Below, in pieces: positions 40,030 through 49,594 of a DNA stretch of 64,000 bases (positions are counted from its first letter, which is position 1; every line of letters starts with the position of its first letter). The translations under genes and the position numbers were made by a program. This DNA is from Candidatus Poribacteria bacterium (GTDB lineage: Bacteria > Poribacteria > WGA-4E > PCPOR2b): positions 6,151,181-6,215,180 of the forward strand of contig OZ242335.1 of NCBI GenBank assembly GCA_965208425.1, given 5' to 3'. Under the pieces are notes generated by a model. The model was not told where the DNA came from. It saw only the letters and a program-made list of their open reading frames with translations, and did not search any database.

Positions 40030-40863
40030 ATGTTACCGCGCTTTTTAGCCATCGGTCATTTCTGCTACGATGTGGCACCAGATGGATATGTGCTAGGCGG
40101 GGGTGCGGCGTACTCAACGATTACGGCTCGCAACCTCGGCTGCGATGCCTGTGCGGTCACTGCTGTCGGTTCAAATTTTGACCGACAACAGTCGATCCTA
40201 AATGGGGTTGATGTTTCATATCACGAATCGCCTGAAACCACCATTTTTGATAATCGGTATGACTCGCATGGCAAACGTCAACAGCTAATCTTGGGGGTCG
40301 GTGGTGAGTTGCGGGAACACCACATTCCAACCAAGTGGAAAGACACAGACATCGCCTATCTTTGCCCACTTACCGGCGAGGTGGATTCCCCCGTTGCCCA
40401 ATTCTTCAACCGTGCATTAATCGGCGTCACGCCGCAAGGGTGGATGCGTGGGTGGGACGAGAATCATCGGGTGCACCCCAAGCGATGGCACACCGCCGAA
40501 GCCATCCTACCTCACGCAGACGTTCTGATTTTAAGTGAGGAGGATATCGCTGCCTCTCCCGAAGACCTCGAAAAGTATATTCAGTGGACTCGAATCGTAG
40601 TGCTAACGAAGGGACGGCACGGTGCAACGTTGTACGAGAAAGGTCAAATCTTGGAGTCCATCGGCTATCCCGCAGATGAAGTTGACCCGACAGGTGCGGG
40701 GGATGTGTTCGCTGCGGCATTCCTAATCAAATATCACGAGACCCGTTCGCCCCAAGCAGCGTTGAACTTCGCACACTGCACAGCATCATTTGCGGTCGAG
40801 GGGCATGGAACGACAGGAATCCCAACGCTGAATCAGGTCAACACACGCCTCAGAAAAACCTAG
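40030..40863 (+). CDS. PfkB family carbohydrate kinase
   Basis: GGGAAY, VDPTGAGDVF. Confidence 0.88.
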   Translation: MLPRFLAIGHFCYDVAPDGYVLGGGAAYSTITARNLGCDACAVTAVGSNFDRQQSILNGVDVSYHESPETTIFDNRYDSHGKRQQLILGVGGELREHHIPTKWKDTDIAYLCPLTGEVDSPVAQFFNRALIGVTPQGWMRGWDENHRVHPKRWHTAEAILPHADVLILSEEDIAASPEDLEKYIQWTRIVVLTKGRHGATLYEKGQILESIGYPADEVDPTGAGDVFAAAFLIKYHETRSPQAALNFAHCTASFAVEGHGTTGIPTLNQVNTRLRKT

Positions 40864-40873
40864 GAATCAAGAA

Positions 40874-40964
40874 CGCTCATATAAAACGAAAGTGCAAAGC
40901 ACGAAGAGAAACCAAGTTTTCAAGAAAAAACTCGGTTTCTTTGCACTAAATCTTAACATGAATG
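40874..40964. mobile_element. MITE family C
   Basis: 8-bp duplication ATCAAGAA on both sides (40866-40873 / 40965-40972). Confidence 0.85.
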
Positions 40965-41011
40965 ATCAAGAAAATCTCCTTCCATATCCTCCCGCCGACG
41001 CATGATAGCCG

Positions 41012-42946
41012 CTACCACGGTTCTGAATAGGACGGTTCATTCACATAACGTTCAGTAGTCAAATCCAAGGTAATCTCAGCACCCGGCGGAAGCGTGAGAC
41101 GCAGATGTTTGTCGTTTATAGCGGCTGTCTGCGCCTCGGTTGTCAATGGTGGCGGGGCATAGCTGCCGGCGTATCCGCCCAGTTCTCCGGGCCAGTCACT
41201 CGTACGCGTTATGTATTCCGCCGTGCCAAATCGGTGCTCACCGAAACCACCTGCTTGGATGATTAGCTCCCGTCCCTCGTTGGGGTTGAGATTGACTAGA
41301 CGAACAACCGTGCGTGCCGCTTCCAATTTTTCGACCAACGCACCCACATCTTCGGGTAGACCAGGGCGACGACGATGAACATCGAAGTAACGGAGGCGAC
41401 AGTGCAGCAGCCCTCCATTGTAGATCGGCTGTGGAGCACCGAGCGTCAATTGGATTAACGCCTCCGACGAGACCGGGTTGCCCCACTGCCAGTGATGGAC
41501 GTGGTGATGCGTTCCTACCGCTTCATCTTCCCGAAGCAAGGCAAGCCGTCGACACACTATCTGGTGACTGGCGTGGAGGGTGTGTTCAGGATAGGTCGCA
41601 TTCTGTCCCGCCAAATACCGCACCCACGGTTGCTCATGCCCAGAATCCTCCTTGTTGTGGAAGGCAAAGGTTGCGTTCCAGTCGAAAGCCTCCGCACCCC
41701 GAACCCGCTCCATACTCTCCCAGTCTTCGTTTGCCATCGAGAGGTTCCACAACGTTACCATATACACAGGGGAGATAGGCTGCCAGTCAAACCAGCCAGC
41801 ATCTCCGTATCGGTAAGGCACCAAGAAGGTCTCGTACTGATCGCCCATGGAGGCAAACTGGCTATTCCAGCGTTCACTGACGCTCATGTCGAAGTCGCGG
41901 ATGTCCTTCACCTCGCCAAGCTCCAGAATACGATTCATCTGCTGTCGTGGAAGTTCAAGATAGGCGTCGTCGCGGGTCAGCAGATAGGCGTTCGCAGCGG
42001 CGTCAAGCGTTGCTTTCTGAAGCGTCAGGAAGCCGTGCGGAAATGTCCAGCCGTAACGACCGCCATACCACTTGCCGTTACAGTATTCGCCTACCTCTCC
42101 GGAATGTCCGACATTATCTGGCAGGAGTCCGTTGTTCCGCCGGGCTCGCTCGACCCAAGCGTCGGTGTACTCCACCACCCAATCGCGGTACTTCTCCTCA
42201 CCGGTCAGGAGAAAGGTATTCGTAACCAGTGAAGTTATAGACAAGTTTGTCGGCGTGTCTCCCTTCCTCCAGCGATCAAACAGTGCCTGTCCCATGGCGC
42301 GGGCGTTATCTGGATCCCCTAGATCCTGCACAGTGGAGATGCCGGGCAGATCGAAAAAGGGTAAGCTATACCGTTCCATGGTGCTGCCGAGGGGCGCATA
42401 GTTCGCTGTTTCCCGCTCTGACATCGGTGCATAATACGCCCCTTTGCTACCGTTGAGTCCAGAAAGGACGATTTTGTGCTCAGGGTCGTAGTTGATGGCG
42501 TCGGGATCCTCGTTGAGGTAGAAACCCGCAAAACGTTTGGCGCGCTCACGACGCCTGTGTTCATTCGGATGTGCTAGGCAGAGGTGGAAAAAGAGGATGT
42601 CGCTCTCAGACTGGTGCATCTGGTCTTCGCTGATGCCATACTCTTTGTAGACCGTACCGAGGCGCGTCAGCTGCTTGGTGACTGCCTCCCATTGGCGATC
42701 TGCCAACGTGAGTAGATGGTCTCCACCGCCCATCAGGTAGACAAGGGGCCAATTGAAGAAAGGTTCGTAATAGTCGTCGGGACTGCCACCGCCCCATTCG
42801 TCGTTCCAGATGAACTCTCCATCTCCCCGCGTGAAGTGGTTGAGGAAGAGTTGGACAGACTGATTCATTGTATCGAATAGTTGTCGTTCCCAGACCGCCC
42901 AGGAGGGTGGCGTCATGATCGGTACATTAGCAGATATGTTAATCAT
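41012..42946 (-). CDS. Hypothetical protein, possibly an alpha/alpha-barrel carbohydrate-active enzyme
   Basis: About 644 aa, AAGGAG RBS; DDYYE and GLLPDNVG..GE motifs; function not recognised. Confidence 0.65.
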   Translation of the reverse strand: MINISANVPIMTPPSWAVWERQLFDTMNQSVQLFLNHFTRGDGEFIWNDEWGGGSPDDYYEPFFNWPLVYLMGGGDHLLTLADRQWEAVTKQLTRLGTVYKEYGISEDQMHQSESDILFFHLCLAHPNEHRRRERAKRFAGFYLNEDPDAINYDPEHKIVLSGLNGSKGAYYAPMSERETANYAPLGSTMERYSLPFFDLPGISTVQDLGDPDNARAMGQALFDRWRKGDTPTNLSITSLVTNTFLLTGEEKYRDWVVEYTDAWVERARRNNGLLPDNVGHSGEVGEYCNGKWYGGRYGWTFPHGFLTLQKATLDAAANAYLLTRDDAYLELPRQQMNRILELGEVKDIRDFDMSVSERWNSQFASMGDQYETFLVPYRYGDAGWFDWQPISPVYMVTLWNLSMANEDWESMERVRGAEAFDWNATFAFHNKEDSGHEQPWVRYLAGQNATYPEHTLHASHQIVCRRLALLREDEAVGTHHHVHHWQWGNPVSSEALIQLTLGAPQPIYNGGLLHCRLRYFDVHRRRPGLPEDVGALVEKLEAARTVVRLVNLNPNEGRELIIQAGGFGEHRFGTAEYITRTSDWPGELGGYAGSYAPPPLTTEAQTAAINDKHLRLTLPPGAEITLDLTTERYVNEPSYSEPW

Positions 42947-42982
42947 CAGAAATGCGTGCTCCTTGTGTGGTATCAACTCATA

Positions 42983-43095
42983 TATGGTAGATTTTAGAAT
43001 TACTTAGACACTCCCAATACACGCCAACCCCCTAAATCCCCCTTGTCAGGGGGACTTTGGAAACCTCGTAGGGAACGCAGATCTGCGTTCCCTAC
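42983..43095. repeat. MITE D arm, CCCCCTAAATCCCCC..GGGGGACTT repeat and GTAG palindrome
   Basis: GTAGGGAACGCAGATCTGCGTTCCCTAC is identical to the copy near 2689-2717. Confidence 0.7.
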
Positions 43096-43102
43096 TGCCG
43101 CT

Positions 43103-43996
43103 TTACATATCGCCCCGGTACGGGGTTGGACCCTCCGGTCGATTTTTACGTGGGACCTTTGTCGGATATTTTTCGAGTGCCGCGATCCAAGCCTTCCGCC
43201 ATTCCTCGTACTCGGTTTCGGAATCCGGAGCCAGACGGCTACGGGCATCAAAACTGGGCCAGAAAGCGCGCCCGGTGGGCGTTCCTCTTTTCTGGTAGCG
43301 TATATCCAGACTCCAACGGATGGCATCTGTGCTATTCGTACCCGACGAATGGGGGGTTAGCTTGTGAATAAAGATAACATCTCCCTTTTTCATCGGCACC
43401 GAAACCCAATCCCCATCTGGCAGACTGTCGCCCCAGTATACCGTGCGGTGTTTGTGTATCCGGGGCATCACGCGCAGGCAGCCGTTCTCCTCTGTGGTAT
43501 CGCACAAAGGGATCCACACGGTCAGGACAAAGGTCGCATCCGCTTCCTCATGGAAGAATATTGCATCTTGGTGCCAGAAGACCACATTCGAGTTCCGTCC
43601 CTGCTCTAGGTCCGAAGGCAGCTTCGCCCGTATATGTGTCATAGGACTACAGCAGATCTCTGGACCGATAAGCCCCTCTATTAGATCTAACAATCGCCGG
43701 TTTCGCATAAAGTGAAACGTGCCTTTGCCTCGGATATGCCCTACATCCAAAAATGTATCCGATTCAAAATAGGTTGCTTCGTCTTCATCACATATCCGAG
43801 CGAGACGCGTTTCAAAGGGTTCGTCCTCGTACAGTTCGCTGATTCGACCTTCAGCGTATAGGTCTTTGGCGAGCTTGTCTATAACTCTCTCATAATCCTG
43901 AACCACCGGCTCGAAATCGACATCTTGTAATGCTGCTTCTAGCACCACGTACCCCTCTTCTTTGAAATGCTCAAGCTGTTCCCTTGTCAGTGTCAT
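43103..43996 (-). CDS. Phytanoyl-CoA dioxygenase (PhyH) family protein
   Basis: WHQD, VWIPL, NGCLRV.P, PHSSGTN, RWSLDIRY. Confidence 0.9.
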   Translation of the reverse strand: MTLTREQLEHFKEEGYVVLEAALQDVDFEPVVQDYERVIDKLAKDLYAEGRISELYEDEPFETRLARICDEDEATYFESDTFLDVGHIRGKGTFHFMRNRRLLDLIEGLIGPEICCSPMTHIRAKLPSDLEQGRNSNVVFWHQDAIFFHEEADATFVLTVWIPLCDTTEENGCLRVMPRIHKHRTVYWGDSLPDGDWVSVPMKKGDVIFIHKLTPHSSGTNSTDAIRWSLDIRYQKRGTPTGRAFWPSFDARSRLAPDSETEYEEWRKAWIAALEKYPTKVPRKNRPEGPTPYRGDM

Positions 43997-44142
43997 TCGT
44001 CAGTCCTCTCAGTCAGCAAAAAACATGATTCTATATCTGATTTTAACGGCAGCAAGCCTTGAAACTTTAGGGCAACATTATACGCGGAAGCCATGAAGCT
44101 GTAAAGGGAAATTAGACGCAGCTTTCCACGCTTCTATACCGC

Positions 44143-44242
44143 TTGCATTTAATATTAGGACGTGATATAATGCCGTATATAGCTGCCAAGCCGGTTCTGG
44201 TAGCAAAGAATAATTCGCTCCCAGATTTTTGGGAGTTTTTTT
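44143..44242 (+). promoter_or_regulatory. sigma70 promoter followed by a short hairpin transcript and a terminator
   Basis: TTGCAT-N17-TATAAT; GCTGCCA...TGGTAGC stem; CTCCCAGATTTTTGGGAG plus T run. Confidence 0.55.
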
Positions 44243-44319
44243 GTGTATCCAACAAACAGGAGAGATTGACGGAATCGGTGCTGTCCTATCAACAATCTTT
44301 CCTCAACATGAATTCTATC

Positions 44320-44535
44320 TATAGTGGATCTTAGAATTAATGAGACACTCCAAACCGGTGCGGTTAGGAAAACGAAACTACCCTTCTACCGTTTGGTAGG
44401 CGCTGTTTCTAACTGCGCCTATTCGGTGCGGTTGAAAACCGCACCTACCGGACCCGATAATTAGTTTACCCCGATTTATCGGGGGGATCGAAACCGAGGG
44501 GCGAAAGTGTCTATTTATTTTTAGAATTCAACATA
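44320..44535. mobile_element. Correia-like MITE (family D) with expanded REP cargo
   Basis: TATAGTGGATCTTAG ... TTAGAATTCAACATA; three REP hairpins plus a family F palindrome. Confidence 0.8.
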
Positions 44536-44551
44536 ATAATCAAATAATAAA

Positions 44552-45541
44552 ATGTACGATAAACTGACAGATGTTAAACTGAAAACTGGCGAGAAGATGG
44601 AAGTCGGCGTTATTATTGCTCCGGACGAAGTGCATGCGGAACAGATTAAACCGTTCTTAGCACACAAGGGAGGTGGCTTCAAATGGCATCTTGAACGCTC
44701 TGTTGTCGAAACACTCGATGATTTGGAGACCCGCTTCTACGTCGGCAAAGTGGACGGAGAAATTATCGCAAACATCATGATAGTTGAACACGGGCACGTC
44801 GGTATTCTTGGGCATGTGTTTACAACACCGACCCAACGTCGTAAGGGCGCTTGTAACTCGGTGATGCGGTTTCAAATGGAGGACTTCCGTCAGCGGGACG
44901 GTGAAGCACTCTACCTCGGAACAGGGTACAACAGTCACCCTTACTATATCTACAACAGTTTTGGCTTTGAGAGTGTTTTCCCCGGTTCGGGCTTCATGAA
45001 ATACCGTGCGGTCGATGACTTCGATGACCGGTACTTTGCCGCGAGTCCTGTTCACGCAAAGGATGTGGTCTGGCACAATTGGTCCAAGATGACTGCCCTA
45101 ACTGGGATCGTAGAGGGCGACTATCTCCGCAGTATCGCATTTGGCATCTACGGACCGGCAAATTTCGAGGGCGGCTTCCTTGGGTTCAAACAAGCGTTGG
45201 AAGATGGGAATATCTACCACGACGCCAAGCTGTTGGAATCGGAGTCCGGGGCAATTGTCGGCGTGGCAACAGTCTCTTGGGATACGCGCTGGCAACCCGA
45301 CACAGCGGTGTTGGACCTATTCGTCCATCCGAACTTTTATGGATCAGCATCGACCCTGCTTGAAGCGATTGATCTCCCAGACACCAAAATCCAGTGTTAT
45401 GTTGAGTCAACCTCAACGCACAAAGCTGAAGCGGTCCAAAATGTAGGATTTCACCACGAAGCGACGTTAAAAAACCAAATCCAACATCAGGATAGGGGTG
45501 TTGATGTGCTGGTTTTTGCACACAACTATAGTGGATTTTAG
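44552..45541 (+). CDS. GNAT family acetyltransferase
   Basis: GHVFTTPTQRRKGAC motif A; YNSFGF. Confidence 0.75.
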   Translation: MYDKLTDVKLKTGEKMEVGVIIAPDEVHAEQIKPFLAHKGGGFKWHLERSVVETLDDLETRFYVGKVDGEIIANIMIVEHGHVGILGHVFTTPTQRRKGACNSVMRFQMEDFRQRDGEALYLGTGYNSHPYYIYNSFGFESVFPGSGFMKYRAVDDFDDRYFAASPVHAKDVVWHNWSKMTALTGIVEGDYLRSIAFGIYGPANFEGGFLGFKQALEDGNIYHDAKLLESESGAIVGVATVSWDTRWQPDTAVLDLFVHPNFYGSASTLLEAIDLPDTKIQCYVESTSTHKAEAVQNVGFHHEATLKNQIQHQDRGVDVLVFAHNYSGF

Positions 45542-45717
45542 AATTAATGAAACACTCCCAGTGCACAACCAACCCCCTAAATCCCCCAACCCCCTAAATC
45601 CCCCAACCCCCTAAATCCCCCTTGTCAGGGGGACTTGGGAAACTCAGGGGGACTTGGGAAGCTGCGCGAAGATCGGAGTTGTTGGCAAATGTCCGCTCAT
45701 TTGTCTAATTCACCATA
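45527..45717. mobile_element. Correia-like MITE (family D) that supplies the GNAT stop codon
   Basis: TATAGTGGATTTTAG reads YSGF*; cargo is (AACCCCCTAAATCCCCC)x3 plus (CAGGGGGACTTGGGAA)x2; right end AATTCACCATA. Confidence 0.75.
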
Positions 45718-45778
45718 AATAACCCCGGCACCCGATGCAGCGTATACGGTGCCATCAACTATTATGGGGAGAGATCAG

Positions 45779-46774
45779 ATGCTTGGTGTCCAACTTTTGG
45801 GAAATGAGACAGTCACCATCAAAGAATATCCAGAACCAACACTCACCTATAAGAACGATCTATTGATTCAGGTTACGGCGTCAGGAATCTGTGGCAGTGA
45901 GATGCACGGCTACCGCAGCCCAACTCCTCACACATCCAACGGCGGACACGAAGTCGCAGGAGAGGTCATTGACGCGGGCAGATCAACAAAATTCAAGGTT
46001 GGAGATCGCGTTGGCATTCACGCTGTTTGGGGGTGCGGGGATTGTCGGTGGTGCGGAGTTGGACAATATACCTCTTGTAAAAACCGCATAGGCCGCGATT
46101 TGGGAACTCATGTGGAACGGTTCGCTGCGCCAGATCACGTTTGTCTCAAGCTGCCTGAAGATGTTCCGTTTGATATAGGAGTGCTCCTGACCGGCGATGG
46201 CTGTGGGGTGCCTTATCGCGTTAGTCAACGCCTTAGCACCAAAGGCGGGGATTTTGTGTGCGTCTTGGGAGCCGGTCCCGTAGGGCTTGGAAATACCATA
46301 GTGCAATCGTTCTTGGGTGCAGAAGTGATAGTTATTGACATCAACGACTATCGACTCTCCCTTGCAAAGGAAGCCGGTGCCGCACACACTATTAACTCAA
46401 AGAATACCGACCCCCTTGAGGCGATCACGGAAATTACCCACGGCATGCTTGTGGACAAGTGCATCGAGGCAGCTGGACGTCCGGAGACGCTTAAGCTAGC
46501 CTTCACCTTAGCTGCGGTGGCAGGGACTATTATGTGCGTTGGCGAGCAGGGCGAGCTGCCGATCAGTCCAAGCCGTGATCTTATTCGGAAGAACCTCACA
46601 TTGATGGGGAGTTGGTTCTATCACTATTCAGAATATCCTGCTATGCTTGATCTGTATCGACGCGGTTTACCTATTGGACGGATGATTACCGATCATTTTC
46701 CACTTGTCGAAGCACAGACAGCGTTTAGCAAATTTGCCAATGGCGAAGCGGGCAAGGTAATGCTTGAACCGTAA
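45779..46774 (+). CDS. Zinc-dependent alcohol dehydrogenase (MDR)
   Basis: GICGSE, GHEVAG, CGDCRWC...C, GAGPVG. Confidence 0.9.
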   Translation: MLGVQLLGNETVTIKEYPEPTLTYKNDLLIQVTASGICGSEMHGYRSPTPHTSNGGHEVAGEVIDAGRSTKFKVGDRVGIHAVWGCGDCRWCGVGQYTSCKNRIGRDLGTHVERFAAPDHVCLKLPEDVPFDIGVLLTGDGCGVPYRVSQRLSTKGGDFVCVLGAGPVGLGNTIVQSFLGAEVIVIDINDYRLSLAKEAGAAHTINSKNTDPLEAITEITHGMLVDKCIEAAGRPETLKLAFTLAAVAGTIMCVGEQGELPISPSRDLIRKNLTLMGSWFYHYSEYPAMLDLYRRGLPIGRMITDHFPLVEAQTAFSKFANGEAGKVMLEP

Positions 46775-46892
46775 CTGGTAAATTTGATGTTGACACGGTT
46801 TTGGTGCAATGATATATTTTCTTTTGGATTATAGATAGATACGAGCTTTTCTCATAAGCAGTACGGAACGAGCAATACGTAAAGGAGAAGTA

Positions 46893-47684
46893 ATGGATCT
46901 CGGACTCAAGGATAAAGTTGCAGTCATTGGGGCATCAAGCAAAGGGCTCGGCAAAGCCATCGCGCTCGGTCTAGCGGCAGAAGGCGCGAAGGTGACAATC
47001 TGTGCGCGGGAAGCGGATACGTTGGAGGCGACCGCTGCTGAAATTGATAAAAAAACGGGGGCGGAAGTCTTGGCAGTCCCAGCGGATGTTAGCCAACCAG
47101 ATCAGGTTAGTGGGTTGATTGCCAAAGCCATCGATCGATTCGGCGGAATTGATATTCTGGTCAGTAACGCCGGCGGTCCCAGAGCGGGTCGGTTCGCAGA
47201 TCTATCTCCCGAAGATTACCAAGCCGCACTGCATCTTAACCTGCTCAGCACAATTAATCTGTGCCGTGGTGTTGTGCCGAGCATGAAGGCACGAGGAGGG
47301 GGTCGCATAATCAATCTCACCTCTATTTCCGTCAAACAGCCGGTAGATGGATTGATGCTATCCAATATGGCGCGGACCGGCGTCATCGGGTTCGCCAAAA
47401 CACTTGCGTCCGAACTTGCATCCGAGAATATTCTTATAAATAATGTCTGTCCGGGGGTCATCTTTACCGATCGAATTAAACAGTTAGCCACTGTGAGGGC
47501 AGAGGAGGCGGGGATCACGTATGAGGAAGCCCTCGAAAATATGACCCAAGATATACCACTTGGTCGGATCGGTGATCCGAAGGAATTCGCCAATCTCGTT
47601 GTGTTCCTCGCCTCCGACCGCGCGAGTTATATCACCGGCACCACAATCCAAGTGGATGGCGGTATGGCAAAGGGGCTGTTATAA
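46893..47684 (+). CDS. Short-chain dehydrogenase/reductase
   Basis: GASSKGLG, SNAGGP, SNMAR (atypical YxxxK), VDGG. Confidence 0.9.
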   Translation: MDLGLKDKVAVIGASSKGLGKAIALGLAAEGAKVTICAREADTLEATAAEIDKKTGAEVLAVPADVSQPDQVSGLIAKAIDRFGGIDILVSNAGGPRAGRFADLSPEDYQAALHLNLLSTINLCRGVVPSMKARGGGRIINLTSISVKQPVDGLMLSNMARTGVIGFAKTLASELASENILINNVCPGVIFTDRIKQLATVRAEEAGITYEEALENMTQDIPLGRIGDPKEFANLVVFLASDRASYITGTTIQVDGGMAKGLL

Positions 47685-48437
47685 TTGAGAAAGCCGGGAC
47701 AACCGGTGAGTGGAGATACCGCACACCGTCCCCCAACCCTGTCGGTCATCATCCCAGCCTTTAATGAGGCAAGGACAATTCGGCAGGTTGTTGAAGCGGT
47801 TAAGGAAATACCAATCGACACGGAAATCATCGTTGTCAACGATGGCTCGACCGATGAGACATCTGAGATCTTGGAGCAGATGCGCGATGAACCGAAGTTA
47901 AAAATCCTTCAGTGCGCAGAGAATCGTGGAAAAGGGGGCGCGATTCGGCTTGGACTGGAACAGATCACCGGTGAGTTTGTGGTCATTCAAGACGCCGATC
48001 TTGAACTCTGTCCGAGAGATCTGATACTAATTCTAGAAACGTTGCAAAAAGGTATTACCAAAGTGGTCTACGGTTCAAGATTCCTGAACGGTAAAAAACG
48101 GGCAAGCCTGAAAACCTACATAGCGAATCGTATGCTTGCTAGTTTTACAAATCTGTTGTATCATGTTCGCATCACTGACGAGGCAACATGTTACAAAGCA
48201 TTTAACACAAGGCTGATAACCAGTCTCAATCTTACCGCTCAGGGGTTTGAGTTTTGCCCAGAAGTAACGGCGAAGGTGCTACGCGCAGGTTATCATATCC
48301 ATGAAGTGCCCATTTCCTATTTTCCACGCACAAAGGGTGGTGGAAAAAAACTCCAATTCTGGCGGGAGGGCATTCGCGCAGGGTGGATCCTGCTCAAATA
48401 TCGTTTTGTCCCCACGTCGAAAATCCTTAAAAAATAA
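47685..48437 (+). CDS. Glycosyltransferase family 2 (DPM1-like)
   Basis: IIPAFNE, VNDGSTD, NRGKGGA, QDAD, GSRF. Confidence 0.88.
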   Translation: MRKPGQPVSGDTAHRPPTLSVIIPAFNEARTIRQVVEAVKEIPIDTEIIVVNDGSTDETSEILEQMRDEPKLKILQCAENRGKGGAIRLGLEQITGEFVVIQDADLELCPRDLILILETLQKGITKVVYGSRFLNGKKRASLKTYIANRMLASFTNLLYHVRITDEATCYKAFNTRLITSLNLTAQGFEFCPEVTAKVLRAGYHIHEVPISYFPRTKGGGKKLQFWREGIRAGWILLKYRFVPTSKILKK

Positions 48438-48445
48438 GCAGTGTT

Positions 48446-48510
48446 TGTAGTGGACCTTAGAATTACTGAGACACGCCAAACCGGTGCGGTTGAAAACCGC
48501 ACCTACCGGG
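48446..48510. mobile_element. Partial MITE family D with REP
   Basis: TGTAGTGGACCTTAGAATTACTGAGACAC plus GGTGCGGTT..AACCGCACCTACC. Confidence 0.65.
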
Positions 48511-48663
48511 GGACGCTTAAAAAAACAGGTTGTGTCAAATAAAAAAATAATCCAATTTTAGCAAAGTTGAATGACTGCCACCTATCCGAATTGTATTTCG
48601 TCAATTTTGCTGTGAAATGTAACCGACGGAACACCCCTAACTCAAATAAGGAGGGAGACGCAA

Positions 48664-49086
48664 ATGGCAGAACAAGTGAAACGCGAAGTGACTTTGAACA
48701 TTCCGATACACCCCAATATGGAATTAGTCGCTGCGCATACCGCTTCTATCCTCGCGGAAATCATGGAGTTTGAAGAGAATCACATTGATGAGATTCAGTT
48801 GGCTATTATTGAAACCTGTATCAACGCTTTTGAACATAGTAATAGCAAAGACAGTAAAGTGACAGTCACCTATGTTCTCACCGATGATGAGTTGGAGCTA
48901 AAAATTACAGATCACGGCATCGGATTTGGTATGGAACAAGCCAAGTTTTTAACGGGAGAAGCTACGGCTCGCGCCATGCAAAAACGTGGGTGGGGCTTGG
49001 AGATTATTCGGGAGATGATGGATGAAGTGGGCATTGACAGTAGTGATGAAGGCACAACCATCACAATGCTGAAAAAAAGGATTTAA
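48664..49086 (+). CDS. RsbW-like anti-sigma factor kinase (HATPase_c_2)
   Basis: ETCINAFEH, DHGIGF, RGWGL.II..MMD. Confidence 0.9.
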   Translation: MAEQVKREVTLNIPIHPNMELVAAHTASILAEIMEFEENHIDEIQLAIIETCINAFEHSNSKDSKVTVTYVLTDDELELKITDHGIGFGMEQAKFLTGEATARAMQKRGWGLEIIREMMDEVGIDSSDEGTTITMLKKRI

Positions 49087-49140
49087 TTAAAAATAGAAGA
49101 CACATTCACCACCCAAAAATTTTGACGAAGGAGGACACAA

Positions 49141-49485
49141 ATGGCAACATCTTTCAATGTCAACACCCGCACCGAAGACGGTTACGCCGTTATTGAAACG
49201 GATGGATACCTCAACGGTCCCACGGGTGAAAAACTCGCCGAAACTGCTAAAGATCTACTGAATCAAGGATACGGCACACTTGTGATTAATCTTGAGAAAA
49301 CCCGACTCGTTAACAGCATCGGTATTTCCATCTTGATTGAGGTTATTGAATTCCTTCAAGAGCACGGCGGGGCGCTGCATTTCTGCCACTTAACACCCGT
49401 CATTGAGCGGACGTTCAAAATGATGGGGCTTGCTCAACATGCCGAGATCCATCCCGATGAGGCGTCTGCAACCACCGACCTTTAA
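49141..49485 (+). CDS. STAS-domain anti-anti-sigma factor (RsbV-like)
   Basis: VNSIGISIL phosphoacceptor region. Confidence 0.88.
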   Translation: MATSFNVNTRTEDGYAVIETDGYLNGPTGEKLAETAKDLLNQGYGTLVINLEKTRLVNSIGISILIEVIEFLQEHGGALHFCHLTPVIERTFKMMGLAQHAEIHPDEASATTDL

Positions 49486-49594
49486 TTGGATTGTTTGGGC
49501 ACGACTGATCCGAATCAACCGATAACGCTATCGGTATCTTCACAATCTGCGATGAATTATCAATCTCAATCAACCAGTCAGAGGTAATTAAGAG

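Noticed and set aside
45570-45660. Short tandem repeats resembling a CRISPR array
   Set aside because: Adjacent 17-bp units with no unique spacers, inside a MITE; no cas genes in the window
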